Source of the DNA: Chiloscyllium plagiosum
Taxonomy: Eukaryota
NCBI RefSeq assembly: GCF_004010195.1
Contig: NC_057717.1
Coordinates: 103,548,631 to 103,612,630 of the forward strand
Direction: 5' to 3'
DNA: 64,000 nt
Positions 11,586 to 23,490 of this stretch are shown piece by piece. Every line of letters begins with the position of its first letter. Position 1 is the stretch's first letter. The notes under the pieces were generated by a model. That model was given only the letters and a program-made list of their open reading frames with translations. It was not told where the DNA came from and did no database searches. Both the position numbers and the translations under genes were made by a program.

Positions 11586-13878
11586 GTATCTTTTTGTTGT
11601 CATAACTCTGATAATGGCTTTTTGACATGATTGGAGACAGAAGGGTATGAGAGAAACATTGTAAAGTATTCACACACTCATGATAACACCCTGTTCTAAC
11701 TTCTATAAGCTTGTTCTCAACGCAAAGGAAAATGTCAAAAATGGATGTTTTTTCAACTGGAGGCCAAGGAGCCCTGTCTAAAGACTGATCTACGCACAGA
11801 TGTAGGAGAGATAAGTACTGTTGAAGACTTTAGTGGTCATGCATGCATGATCACTGATCAGAAGAGGCTTTCCCATGCCTGGTGCCCACTCGACTATTCA
11901 ATGGCTGGTCAGGTTGGGCTCCCAGCACCACTTTGCTGTTTATTACCTATAACTCCTGTGAAGCAAGAATCTGCAAAACTCAGACTTGGAAATATTTGGC
12001 AACCCTGCCTCCACTACAGTCTGAAAAGAAGTCCATACATTGCATTGGCAAATTATTCTCCCATCCGCTGCAGGGTGATCATTGAGTTTAAGGAAGAATG
12101 TCCCACCCCCAAAATTTTGTATGAGGACAAAATGTATCATCCAAACAAACTGCTGCTTGATGTAACTGCAGACTCAAAATTTACTGATTAACTTTTTGAG
12201 TAGTAGCTTTTTTTATTCGTTCACAGGCGAGGACATCGCTGGCCAGGCCATCTGTAATTTGCCCAGAGGGCAATTGAGAGTCAACCACGTTGCTGTGGGT
12301 CTGGAGTCCTATGTAGGCCAGACCAGATAAGGATGGCAATTTCCTTCCTTAAGGACATTACTGAACCAGATGGATTTTTCCAGGTGTCAGCAAGAGATTC
12401 ATCGTCATCGTTAGACTTGCAATTCCAGATTTAAATTGAATTCAAATTTTGCCATCTGTCATGCCAGGATTCAAACCCACATCCCCAGAACATTGTCTGA
12501 ATTAACAGTCCAGAGATAATACCCCAAGACCATCACATCCCCTAGTGCTCCAGAGCACAAATGTTTTACTTTGTTCTCCACTGTATTTTATGGATATATT
12601 TTGCCTCAGACTTCACTTGTTTACATGAATAATGCAACTTTTTCAAAATTATTTGCTAATCATTGAGCCAATTCCCCACATCTTGAGATGGTTGTAATAA
12701 TTCAGAATCTTCTCCAGCCCTAACAATGTGCATGTAGTTTGTATACAGTCAGTTCTGCTATAATGTGTGTTTCTTCAACGCAATTTGGCTATAATGCGAT
12801 TGACCGTTATTTGTAGAGCATAAACTTTCCTTGCGTGTTTGGCTCTAACATGATTCCGGCCCAGTTAGTTTAAATGGTGCTACTATTATATGATTTTCTT
12901 ATAACGCTGGATCAAGTGGGAATGGAATTGTCGTCTTATATCAGAACAGGCTGTAATCTGAAAATCTGCAGATTATCTCTCTAACTCTTTTTAAACTGGT
13001 TATTAATACCAGTAAGAGGTAATACGTTCCTAATGTCGATCCTTGTGGAACACTGGTTGGGTAGCCACTTTCAAAGTATATTGAGACCAGTTTACAACTT
13101 AAATTCTGTTTTCCATTTAAAGGCTAAAATTATAACTAATGCAATCCTCTGAGGAAGCTTCTTGATCTTTATGAAGAATGTTTTGGAACTCCAAGCTGAT
13201 TCTGCCTACCAGGTTAGCAGCATTCACTGAATTCTCAAAAGTTATCAACTTCTTTCTATGTCAGATTTGGATTTTTTTTTTTCTTGCTTTGATTTTTAGA
13301 AACTGATCCAATTTCTTGGTTATGGAGTCATAGAGATGTACAGCACGGAAACAGACCCTTCGGTCCAACCCATCCATGCCAACCAGATATCCCAACCCAA
13401 TCTAGTCCCACCTGCCAGCACCCGGCCCATATCCCTCCAAACCCTTCCTATTCATATAGCCATCCAAATGCCTCTTAAATGTTGTATTTGTACTAGCCTC
13501 CACCACATCCTCTGGCAGCTCATTCCATACATGTACCACCCTCTGTATGAAAAGGTTGCCCCTTAGGTCTCTCTTATATCTTTCCCCTCTCACCCTAAAC
13601 CTATGCCCTCTAGTTCTGGACTCCCTACTAGAGGGCATAGGTTTAGGGTGAGAGGGGACTGTTTGAAATAACAATCCAGTTCAGTGATTCTTGATATTGG
13701 TGTTGAAATAGGGGGTCAATAGCACAACATGTTGCAGTCTGTGAGGATCTTGTGGCGCAGTAGTACTGTCTGGGTTCAACTCACTCCAGTGCCAGATGTG
13801 TCCAAACAGGTGGTTGAAAAATGTTTATTGTAGACTGGGCATTCTCAGTATTTATGCCCTTAACCAGACTGCTTTCAG
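11586..13878 (+). other. UBL5: Second U12-type intron with variant donor
   Basis: Donor GTATCTTTT; branch point CCTTAAC at 13858-13864, 14 nt before the exon; little polypyrimidine tract. Confidence 0.85.
13325..13660 (-). mobile_element. 5'-truncated CR1 LINE fragment with fold-back inversion
   Basis: ORF track RTRGHRFRVRGERYKRDLRGN..WNELPEDVVEA; perfect 32-bp inverted repeat at the truncation point. Confidence 0.85.
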
Positions 13879-13922
13879 ATGAGATCCACGATGGAATGAA
13901 CTTGGAGCTGTACTACCAGTAA
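13879..13922 (+). CDS. UBL5: UBL5 last coding exon
   Basis: (Y)EIHDGMNLELYYQ* with the hallmark di-tyrosine C-terminus; the four exons total 222 nt (73 aa plus stop). Confidence 0.97.
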
Positions 13923-14600
13923 ACAATGATGCACTCTGAAGTGGACAAGCTTATCATCGGCCATCAGCACCATTCGTTGAGGGGAAAGGACTTGCGACTT
14001 CATAATGATTTGCTTTTCTGAACAAAACCAGTGATTTGTATGTTTTACTGACCAATGTCACCTTTTTTTTTTCTTGCTCTTTTTTTTTGTTTCAGAGCAG
14101 TTTTAATTTCTGGTTTCTTGTCCATGTCCAAACTGGGATTTTTAATGTGTAAAATTATAGTTGGCTAAAGTTGAGTATATGCTTCAATGATGTATTTCTC
14201 TTCAACCCTTGCCAGATTAGCATAGCAGTGTTTGTACTTCCCCACCAGCAGACCTGTAACCTTTCCAATCTGCAGCCTGTTCAACCACTGTACTTCCAAA
14301 TCCCTGCCAATTTGTAACTGTATGGAGAAAGACCAGATGTGCAAGGTATTGAAAGTGCTAACTGTGTTAGTGAGGTGATGGACCTTGGTAAACTATCAAA
14401 GTGCTGTCTTTTAGGGTTAACCTCTGGGAGAAATTCGAAGGCAAGTATTTTGAATTTTCCTTTCTGATATGTTTTTGTGGAAAAAGTTTCACTGAGCTTG
14501 CTGGTGGCAGGCATGATATTAACAATCTTCAAAAGTTCTTGGTTTTATGAACCAGGCTGTTGAAGTGAACCATGTTGTTATATGCACTCAAATTGGTTTA

Positions 14601-14606
14601 AATAAA
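14601..14606 (+). terminator. UBL5: Probable UBL5 polyadenylation signal
   Basis: AATAAA about 680 nt after the stop, followed by a T/GT-rich downstream element at 14637-14660. Confidence 0.65.
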
Positions 14607-15739
14607 ACTAAAATCTGGAGACTTGCTTCAATATATCTTGTTTTCTTTTTCATCTGTCTTTGGCTGGAATTAATGAGCACAAGACCCAGCTGATATTGGG
14701 TATATCAGGAAACTCTGAAAACCGCTAATGCTAATTTTATTTTAGTCATGTGATGTCAATGACACTGGTCAGGCCAGCATTTATTCCATCTTCCTAGCTG
14801 CCCTTGAGAAGTTGAAGCTGAGATGCCGCCTTGAACTGCTGCAATCCATCTGATTAACTAGAAATAAAGTAATATTAATCAACTCATCTGTTTTTTTTAC
14901 ATGGTTGAAAGTTATTCTACTGATTTTGGAGAACTTTTTTATTTCCTCTACTGTCTTTCAGTTTGTGAGTGTCCTCCCTCCCTCCATCACCATCACTGTA
15001 GCACCTCAACAAGGTTTCTTTGATAATACTTTCCAAATCTTCACACTCCACCATCAAGAAGGCCAGGGTGATTCTTGTACACCTGTAACTTCATCTTGAG
15101 CTATGCTTCATCCTGGACTGAACTGGTGTGAACTCCCCAGTGCTTAAAGCCACTTCCCTGAGTTGAACATACTCTATTGACCTTTATCCCAGATGACACT
15201 TGGCATCAGAAGGGGAATTCCAGATTATGGAACATTCCTGCTGCTCGTTTAGTAGTCAGACATCAATTCCTTTTGCATAGATTTCGGGGAAGACCTTGGA
15301 GAGGTGTAAGGAGGACAGTGGTATATGGTGTGGAGTGTGGATTCATCTTTTCTGTCCTCTTTGCCCCTTGGTGCTTCTGTTTAAGAAATTGCACTATTTC
15401 AACTGCAAATGCTAGTGCAAGGAGCAATTCAGTTAAGCAGCTGGGTGGTCAGTTAACTGATTTCAACATCTCAACCTTTTGAGTGAAAGGCTGAAAAGCA
15501 TTCCAAGTTGCAGGGACTAGCTGAGTTGCTCTTGCTGGTCGCTAATGTAAGGTCCTCTGTGCTGTAGCAACTATGATTTGAGAGCAGGACTGTGTTTTTC
15601 CTAGTCAGGCATTTCTCCATCTCTGTCCAAAGGCAAATGTCGAACCTACATTCTCCATATAGTGGTCAGAACTGGATGGTAGGCTTGGAATTCCTATTCT
15701 CAACAGTGCAGTTCTCTTTGTAGAAAAGAAAAAGTTGTC

Positions 15740-16360
15740 CCTTTTCCAAGTACAGGAGTTGGGAGGTCATGTTGCGCCTGTACAGGACATTGGTTAGGCC
15801 ACTGTTGGAATATTGCATGCAATTCTGGTCTCCTTCCTATCAGAAAGATGTTGTGAAACTTGAAAGGGTTCAGAAAAGATTTACAAGGATATTGGCAGGG
15901 TTGGAGGATTTGAGCTATAGGGAGAGGTCGAACAGGCTGGGGCTGTTTTCCCTGGAGCATTGGAGGCTGAGGGGTTACCTTATAGAGGTTTACAAAATTA
16001 ATGAGGGGTGTGGATAGAATAAATAGACTGAGTCTTTTTCCTGGGGTCGGGGAGTCCAGAACTAGGAAGGCATAGGTTTAGAGTGAGAGGGAAAAGATAT
16101 GAGACCGAAGGGGCAACATTTTCATGCAGAGGGTGGTACGTGTATGGAATGAGCTGCCAGAGAAAGTGGTGGAGGCTGGTACAATTGCAACATTCAAAAA
16201 GCACTTGGATGGGTAAAGAATAGGAAGGGTTGAGGGGTATGGGCCAGGTGCTGGCAGGTGCGACTAGATTGGGTTGGAATATCTGGTTAGCATGGGGTTG
16301 GAATATCTGGTTAGCATAGACAAGTTGGACTGAAGGGTCTGTTTCCGTGCTGTACGTCTG
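15740..16360 (+). mobile_element. CR1-type LINE 3' fragment
   Basis: LYRTLVRPLLEYCMQFWSP..LERVQKRFTR..LSYRER..LGLFSLE..RLRG.LIEVYKI. Confidence 0.92.
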
Positions 16361-17642
16361 ACTTTTTTAAAAAAGGTTTCTGTAAAATTGGGTGTAGGGA
16401 GAATTGAGTGTAGTTGGGAGGGTACGGTGCTGAGACGGTTGGATAATGCGCTTGATACGTGTCAAATGATGGTATTAGAATCTAAGTACTGGCGGCTCAT
16501 CCTGGATAAGGCTCTGGTACTAATAGGCTGACTTTGAAAAAAGTTGAGCTTTCTAACAACTAGGATAAAGTGCTCCAAACTCTAGCATAGGTTTGCTGTG
16601 AAATCATAACTTGCTTAAATCCTTTAATTATTCTGTAAGTTAATTGTCAAACTGTACAAATGTCTGACAAAACCTGTGTAAAGCTTCAGTAAATAAGATT
16701 GTACAGTATGAGTCCATTGTGCTCTTCAAAGAGGTATCCAGTTCATTTCACCCCTCTTCTTTCCTCATGTAATTCAGATTATGCATCCTCCATCATAACT
16801 TGTATGTATTTTTTTCACTGTGTGGTGAAAATGAAATGGCAATATTCCTTTCCTGCTATTTTTAGGCAGATGTATTTTGTGATGATCTAGATAAATCATT
16901 GCAGCCTTCTCTTTTCTAGACCAAGGGTGAAATTAACATTCCGTACAATGTTTGAAAGTTTTATTAAAAGTTAAGTCTTACATGGCTACCAGAATGAGAA
17001 TACAAAAGGATGCCTTTTTGCAGGGTGTACAACCATTGCAATCTGGTTAGTTCAGCTCTCCCACCTCATAGTATAATGGTCCTTTTTGTGATTGTGACTA
17101 AAAGACCATGCATCATATCTACCAAGATCTCCACTCTTGATTTTACGTCAGACATTATCTAACTCAGCAAGCCAGGACTTTGTTTTTTAAAAAAATGCTC
17201 AAGTTGTGCATGTCTCTTCTGAAGGCAGTGATGGAGCTACCATCTTAATGTAGAAGAGTGGACTGCTAGAACAATAGTTGATGGTACAGACGTGATAGGC
17301 TGAAGGGCCTTTTCTGTTTGATTTTGAGGTCACTTGAGTGAACTGAGTCACTGAGAGTCTAGAGTTACATCCTGGTCTTTCTCAACATCAGTAACGAATT
17401 AGCTGGGGTTTAATGGCATCTGATTTGTTTTATGCTCACCAGCACGGAGAGTCGTTTTTCAATCCACGTTTAAATATTGAATTTAATTCTCCAGTTGTTA
17501 TGGTGGGATTTCAACTCTTGGGAACATAATTCCATGCCTTAAGATTCCTAATCCCATAACGTGACCACTATACTGTCGTTCCCCCCTCTACAGGTTGCAA
17601 CACAGATTACAGCACAAGCTTGTGACATAACAAAATATCGAT

Positions 17643-17648
17643 TTTAAT
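17643..17648 (-). terminator. Candidate poly(A) signal (ATTAAA) of the acidic-protein gene
   Basis: ATTAAA on - at the end of an AT-rich repeat-free tract with GT-rich sequence downstream; alternative AATAAA at 16960-16965. Confidence 0.4.
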
Positions 17649-18815
17649 TATAGAAAAGATTAAACATGGATGTATCCATCAGAAGGCTAAGACTATTTAT
17701 ATAATCAATTACAGTCTAAAGCTCTATTTGCAGGTAGGTATCTGCAGTACTTTGCAGGATTTACTGAATTTGCAGGTTTTGTTAATTCCAAGTTTTAAGC
17801 ACATAATAGAATTTGAAATGCATAGGTTATTTTGTGCAGTGTAAATGTATTAATCGTTAATCTCTAATATTGTTCACCCATACACTACCTCATAGCTGAG
17901 CGAGGAGGCAATGTGTGCACAATGGGACCTCACCATTTGCTCTCCCCTACCTTGTAGCTCATCTTAGGAATTGAATATGAAGACTAGGGAGACTACAAAA
18001 TTATTTTAATGATGACTGTGTGAGTCCATGTTTACGCTTAGAAAGCCTGACCTCTCAAACCAACCGACCAGAGATATTTCTTAAATGCAGTATATCTGAA
18101 ATATTGTGTAATGTTAAAAGAAGAAACACTTTTGATGCAGGTGAGGAGTTGGCTATCACAATGCGTTCTGTAGTTGAGTGTCCATCACTGCTAAGCGGAA
18201 CAAATTGGCCTAGATTTTGTAGTCAATAACAAAGGAACAGTGCTTGTCCTCAGAGTGCTTTGGCCGTTGAGCGGCAATTTAAAGTATTTTGGGACCCCTT
18301 TCAACATGATCTCCTTCCCAAGGAATTTGCATTGTGCGACAGCGGAGCAAGCAACAGAATGATTCTTCCACCGATCAGCTTGAAGAACACTCCGAGGAAT
18401 GCAGCCCCTAAAGCAGGAAATATAAATTGAAATGTTGGGGGGGTTTTTTGGTGGCTGGCAGCCTCACCAGTACTTCTGTTGCAAACTCCAGGTCATTGTG
18501 TCAGTGATATAGCGTCTCTCCTAGGTACAGGAGCTACAAGGAAGGTTTACTTCCTTTTATAATTGGTCTTCACCCCAAGTGAAAACCTATCATTTATGTA
18601 CTGAGCTATAACTGAGAATCAGCTTTAACTTGCTGCATTATCAGAAGCATTTGACAATGTTACCATTTAAGTTCACTTCTGGCATGCAAATGCATTCTAT
18701 CAACAAACCAGTTTAACTATGCTTCTTGAGTAAATACTGCAAAGGATCAAGAGAAATATCAGGTTACCTATTGTTCACTTGCTACTATCATCTGATTGTC
18801 CCCTAGTTCTGTTAG

Positions 18816-20297
18816 CTAAGGTATGTCTTGATCCTCAGATTCTGATATTCCTGTCTTGCATTGTTGTTCCAGACCAGTATTGCTGACTCCTGCATTCTCC
18901 CTGGGGCTTCTCGATGGTGATTCCGTGGCTTGGCTGGCCTTGATCAAATTGCCTGGATGGGGCACATGTTCTTCCACCTTTTCCACTATTTCAGTTGCCT
19001 GAGAGCGTGCAGAGGTGTTTGAGATTGCTTGTTCTTCTTCAGCATCTTCTGCCATTTTTCCAGATAATTTATCTGCTGTGCTGACTGGAATTTCACCTGT
19101 CCCTTCTGCTAATGGATCTAAGTGTGTGCCCTGATTCTCAGCTGAGTTTTCGAGACATTCTGGAAGATTTCTCAAGCACGTTGGAGCGTGCGCTTGGCAA
19201 GTATCTCGACTTTCTTCCGAACCCATGGCAGAAGTTTGTCGCCCTTTTCCGACACCTTTATTTTGGGTTTCTAAATCTGCGTCGATGTTTTCCAATATTT
19301 TCAAGTCAATCTCTGCTGGGGCTTTCAGTCCAGTTTTGATTTCTGTTGGCAGCTCTTCATCATAACACACACATGTATCAGCAGCTCCTCCTTGTGTTTC
19401 CTTAACCAATATGTCACCTTCGCTTGACTTACCATCATCTTGGCTAGCTACCATTGAGCCATTATCCGTATCTGAGTAGACTGGCAACTCTGTCTGCCCT
19501 GCAATATGTTTGGCATCTTTGCAACATTCTTCTTGCATGTCACTATTGTTCACACCTGTAGGAGTCTCATTTGTACTATCCGATACTTCTTGACAATCAG
19601 GCTCAACTCCTGCTTTAACCAGAATATCCGTTGCACCCCCTGAACCAGTTGGAATGGCTTCTGCTTTTCCAGTGGTCTTGGATCTTCCTACCTCAGCTAT
19701 ACATTGTACCTGGGAGTCTTCACATCCTTGAATGTTTTCTCTCATTGAACCATCCACAGAAGTGGAGAGTCCAATGTTCTCCATTGCCGTTAATGCTTCA
19801 ATCTCCTCTCTGTACCCCTGGCTTTCTGATTCTTGGAGATTAATTTGACCATCTTGTATAGATCGACCATCAATAGACAGTTCTTCTCTACAAGGGTCTT
19901 GGTCTGATTGTTCTGTCTTAAGTTCAACATCAGCCTGTAAGGAGGTTTCTTCAGGTTCCATTGCAGTCTGCACTGAGATATTCTCTTCAGATTCATTGTT
20001 TTCATTTCTTGCCTTGAGACCTGGATCTCCTTTACCTCCAAGAACTTCATTTCTTTCAGTCACTTGTTCTTCTTCAACAGTAATCTCTGCACCAGTTGCT
20101 TTTGCCAGTTGCACCTCCATAGCCATTGTTTCTTCAATTGCTTTGCTAATCTCAAATGGTTCTTCATTTATTGTGAGATCTCCAGATTCCTCTTTATTTG
20201 GCACGTCTTGATTTTCACACACACTAGGGGATATCATGACTGGATGTTCTTCTAGTCCCTGTTTGGTAATTTCCTGGGCACCTTCTACCTCTGCCAT
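18816..20297 (-). CDS. Uncharacterised 493-aa Glu/Asp/Gln/Ser/Thr-rich, probably intrinsically disordered protein encoded in one exon
   Basis: 1482-nt repeat-free ORF; AACATGG Kozak with an in-frame upstream TGA; acceptor (T)n-gcatttaagcag| at 20561; no domain recognised. Confidence 0.8.
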   Translation of the reverse strand: MAEVEGAQEITKQGLEEHPVMISPSVCENQDVPNKEESGDLTINEEPFEISKAIEETMAMEVQLAKATGAEITVEEEQVTERNEVLGGKGDPGLKARNENNESEENISVQTAMEPEETSLQADVELKTEQSDQDPCREELSIDGRSIQDGQINLQESESQGYREEIEALTAMENIGLSTSVDGSMRENIQGCEDSQVQCIAEVGRSKTTGKAEAIPTGSGGATDILVKAGVEPDCQEVSDSTNETPTGVNNSDMQEECCKDAKHIAGQTELPVYSDTDNGSMVASQDDGKSSEGDILVKETQGGAADTCVCYDEELPTEIKTGLKAPAEIDLKILENIDADLETQNKGVGKGRQTSAMGSEESRDTCQAHAPTCLRNLPECLENSAENQGTHLDPLAEGTGEIPVSTADKLSGKMAEDAEEEQAISNTSARSQATEIVEKVEEHVPHPGNLIKASQATESPSRSPRENAGVSNTGLEQQCKTGISESEDQDIP

Positions 20298-21375
20298 GTT
20301 TCTCTTGGATCCCAACAAGCCAAGATTTCAATTGTCGACGCACTGTTGCGGTCAGTTTAATAAATCTTCACAAATTTAATCTTCACTCTTTCCCAAACTT
20401 CTCAACCTGTCGTCCCTTTGTTCTTTTTCGGAGCAGAAAGTGGTTGTGTTAAAGCTGCTGCCTGGTGACAAATTTTGTTGACAGCACACCTGTGAAGAGC
20501 TTTGGAAGGTTTTGGTGCTATGGAAATGTAAATCGTTGCTGGGTTCTTTTGGAGAACTTCCTGCTTAAATGCAAAAAAAAGATTAATATGATTATGTTTA
20601 AAGACCAAATAAAGTTACTTGTTCAGGAATGCAAATACAACGTGGAATCCAGATGGCCCAAGTACACAGAATTTCTGTTTAACAAAGCACACCTTTTTGA
20701 ATATATGATTTTTCAATCTTCTCCTCTGTCTTTCCTGTTAGAATTTGCACAGCATGCACTTGGCAGGGGCCAATCAATTCTGCATGACCTTTTCTGAATC
20801 TCAAGGAGCTAATATCCGGATGTGTCTCGCCCTGATACGATGCATTAGTTTTGGATTCAGACTACATTTACATCACTGGCGTAGTATCTCAACAGCTTCA
20901 ATGTAAGTGTAATTGCAACACAAAGCTTTTCATTTCAGAATGGGCTGCTAACTTGCAAAGCATTGAGTTTTTGTGAGAGGATGTCAGAGATGGACACCGT
21001 TTAATAAAATGCTGGAAAATCCAGCGAAAGGAATTTGACAAAACCCACATTGATTCATGAGTTCTGTTCAACTGCACTTAGATTCTGAAATATCCCTGCG
21101 ACTGAACTCTGCTTACATTTCCATTTCTATATTAATGTAAGGTGTTCAATCTACAAAAAGTGTTAACAGAAATTTTTTTTTCTTCATTCAGGTATTAGTA
21201 GTTTATAACCTGGACTGAAATCGACCCCTAATGAAAACTGAATCTTCCATTTTCGTGCATGTACGGACACATCACTGCAGTTATTCTGAGGCTAGCATTT
21301 GCAATGTTGTGATTATTAACAGCTTGGCCACCATGGGGAGGAAGCATTTTGTTGCACAGTGTTTTTTCAAAGGTT

Positions 21376-21570
21376 AAAAATCACACAACACCAGGTTGTC
21401 CAACAGGTTTAATTGGAAACACATTAGCTTTCGGAGCGACGACAACCACCTGATGAAGGAGCAGCGCTCCGAAAGCTAGTGCTTCCAATTAAACCTGTTG
21501 GACTATAACCTGGTGTTGTGTGATTTTTACCTTTTATACACCCCAGTCCAACACTGACATCTCCAAATCG
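21376..21570. mobile_element. Short palindromic Penelope-derived element (family A)
   Basis: AAAAATCACACAACACCAGGTT... at 21376 mirrors ...AACCTGGTGTTGTGTGATTTTT ending 21528. Confidence 0.8.
21450..21480 (+). ncRNA. Minimal hammerhead-ribozyme-like core (family A)
   Basis: CTGATGA-A-GGAGC-AGC-GCTCC-GAAA-GCTA: both catalytic boxes flank a perfect 5-bp stem II. Confidence 0.6.
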
Positions 21571-21914
21571 TTCTTCAAAAGAACTAACTTGTGTCAAATG
21601 TTTTTAAGGTACCATAGGAGCTATGCAGCACAGAAAGAGGCAATTCCAGCCCACTGTGCCTCTTTGAGAAAGTTTGAAATTAGTGCCACTCACCTATGCT
21701 TTTCCCTATAGCCATGTGAACTTTGCAAGCATCTATTTAATTATTCCCCTTTAAACCCCCTGTTGAATCTGCTTCCGTTAGTCTCTTGGTGCTGCATATA
21801 AGCTTTTTGAAAATCACAATTCCACACTGGTAAAATACTTGTGTCATTTTAATTAGCACAGTTATTCAATCTCTGATGCAAACTGTAACCATTTAAAAAA
21901 AAGTCACTGCTTAC

Positions 21915-22095
21915 CTGTTACAAGTACTTTCAGAAAGTTCCAAGGAGATTCACCACACACTCCACTCCAGCCAGAACAGAATCATCCTCCAACTTTCAGA
22001 CCGACCCAGTACTGAGAGACGTTGAGAGAGCGCTGTATCATAGATTACTGTGTGTTGCTGCATGCAATGGGGAGCTATTGGAGTGACGTCCAATA
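21915..22095 (-). promoter_or_regulatory. Putative non-coding first exon and promoter of the acidic-protein gene
   Basis: CAG|GTAAGC donor at 21914; TGACGTC CRE-like site nested in TATTGGA..TCCAATA at 22076-22095. Confidence 0.45.
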
Positions 22096-23187
22096 ATATG
22101 TTAATTATTGCAGCGTAGCTGAGATCCCACTAAAGGAGGGATGTGGACTGTGTTGACAGTGCAACACATGAAACAGTGTAGAAATAGTTCAAAATAACAC
22201 AGTAGGGTCTAAGGAGGCTGTTGTGAGACTGGCAATGCTCTCTGGCAGAGGGGTCCACTTGAGACAACGACAAGCTTTCACAGTATGTCAATAAATAAAA
22301 ATGAAAAGATTCTTTCATAACAAGGAGCCTCTAGTCATTGCTCAGCTAGTTTAGGATAACTAAAGGTACAATAACATAGTTAAAGAGGCAGTGTTATTAA
22401 TGCTAAATCTCAAAATAAACAGTTCAAAAAAATTGCATTTGGTGTAGTTGTATTCTGTTGACTCATGCGATTTGGAATAGATGACCAGGTACAGTTGGAT
22501 GAGTTCTTGTGATTGGATAATATCTCAGGTTATATCTGAGCACAGTTCCCTTTCCATGGCTTGAGGACAATGGATAATGCTATTCCCACTGAAGGGCAAT
22601 TGCTTCTCTCTTCAGGCCAACTGCCCAATTTTTAGCAGCTTTTCATGAGGAACCCTTCAGCCGTCAAAGTTCTCCTTTGAACGTTTGCTACTGCTGCCCA
22701 AGTCCTGCACTTGGTGGGGGGGTGGGGGCTCCAGTCAAGTCCACCCCTGAGGTTCTGCGCTCACTGCAGCGTCATCGTGGTCTGATACCCAGAGGCGCTC
22801 CATTACCTGGGCTCATGGGATGACCCTCAGCACATCACAATGAAATTTGTAACAGCTCGCTTCATCTGAAACCCTGACAAAGAATTGGGTCATCTATGAA
22901 TGGTTCCTGATGGCTGTGCTGCGCGTGAAGTGGAGAGAAGCAATGTTCACCCTAGCCCTGAAGTGAGCAGAACTATGCACCGAGTGAGCTTGCCCTCCCA
23001 GACCAGCAACATGTTCATCCGTAGGACCACTCCACATTTGGCTACTGTCCAGTACTGGTTGCCATACTTACAGATGGATGTTGATGCATTAGAAGCGGTT
23101 GAGAGAAGGTTTACTTGAATAATACCTGGAACGAGCAGATTGCCTTATGAGGAAAGGCTAGTAACCTGTATCCTCCAGTGTTTAGCA

Positions 23188-23490
23188 TAGGGTGGCATGA
23201 TGGCTCAGTGCTTAGCAGTGCTGTCTCACAGCACCAGGGACCTGGGTTCGATTCCACCTTCAGGTGACTGTCTGTGTGGAGTTTGCATATTCTCTGCATG
23301 GGTTCCCTCTGGATGCTCCGGTTTCCTCCCACAGTCTGATAATGTCCAGGTTAGGTGGACTGGCATGTTAAATCAGGGATGGATGGTTTAGCCATGGGAA
23401 ATGTGGGGTTGCTGCGGTGGGATGCTCTTTGGAGACTTGGTATGGACTTGTTGGGTTGAATGGCCTGTTTCCACACTGTAGGGATTCCTT
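23188..23490 (+). mobile_element. tRNA-derived SINE
   Basis: TGGCTCAGTG A-box, GGTTCGATTCC B-box, conserved body and tail. Confidence 0.85.

Noticed and set aside
11745-12191. 148-aa ATG ORF inside UBL5 intron 3
   Set aside because: No recognisable homology or clear exon signals; compatible with chance, although an alternative terminal exon cannot be excluded without RNA data
20298-20318. TTG start giving the 500-aa ORF in the track
   Set aside because: Eukaryotic locus; the first ATG at 20297 has a strong Kozak context
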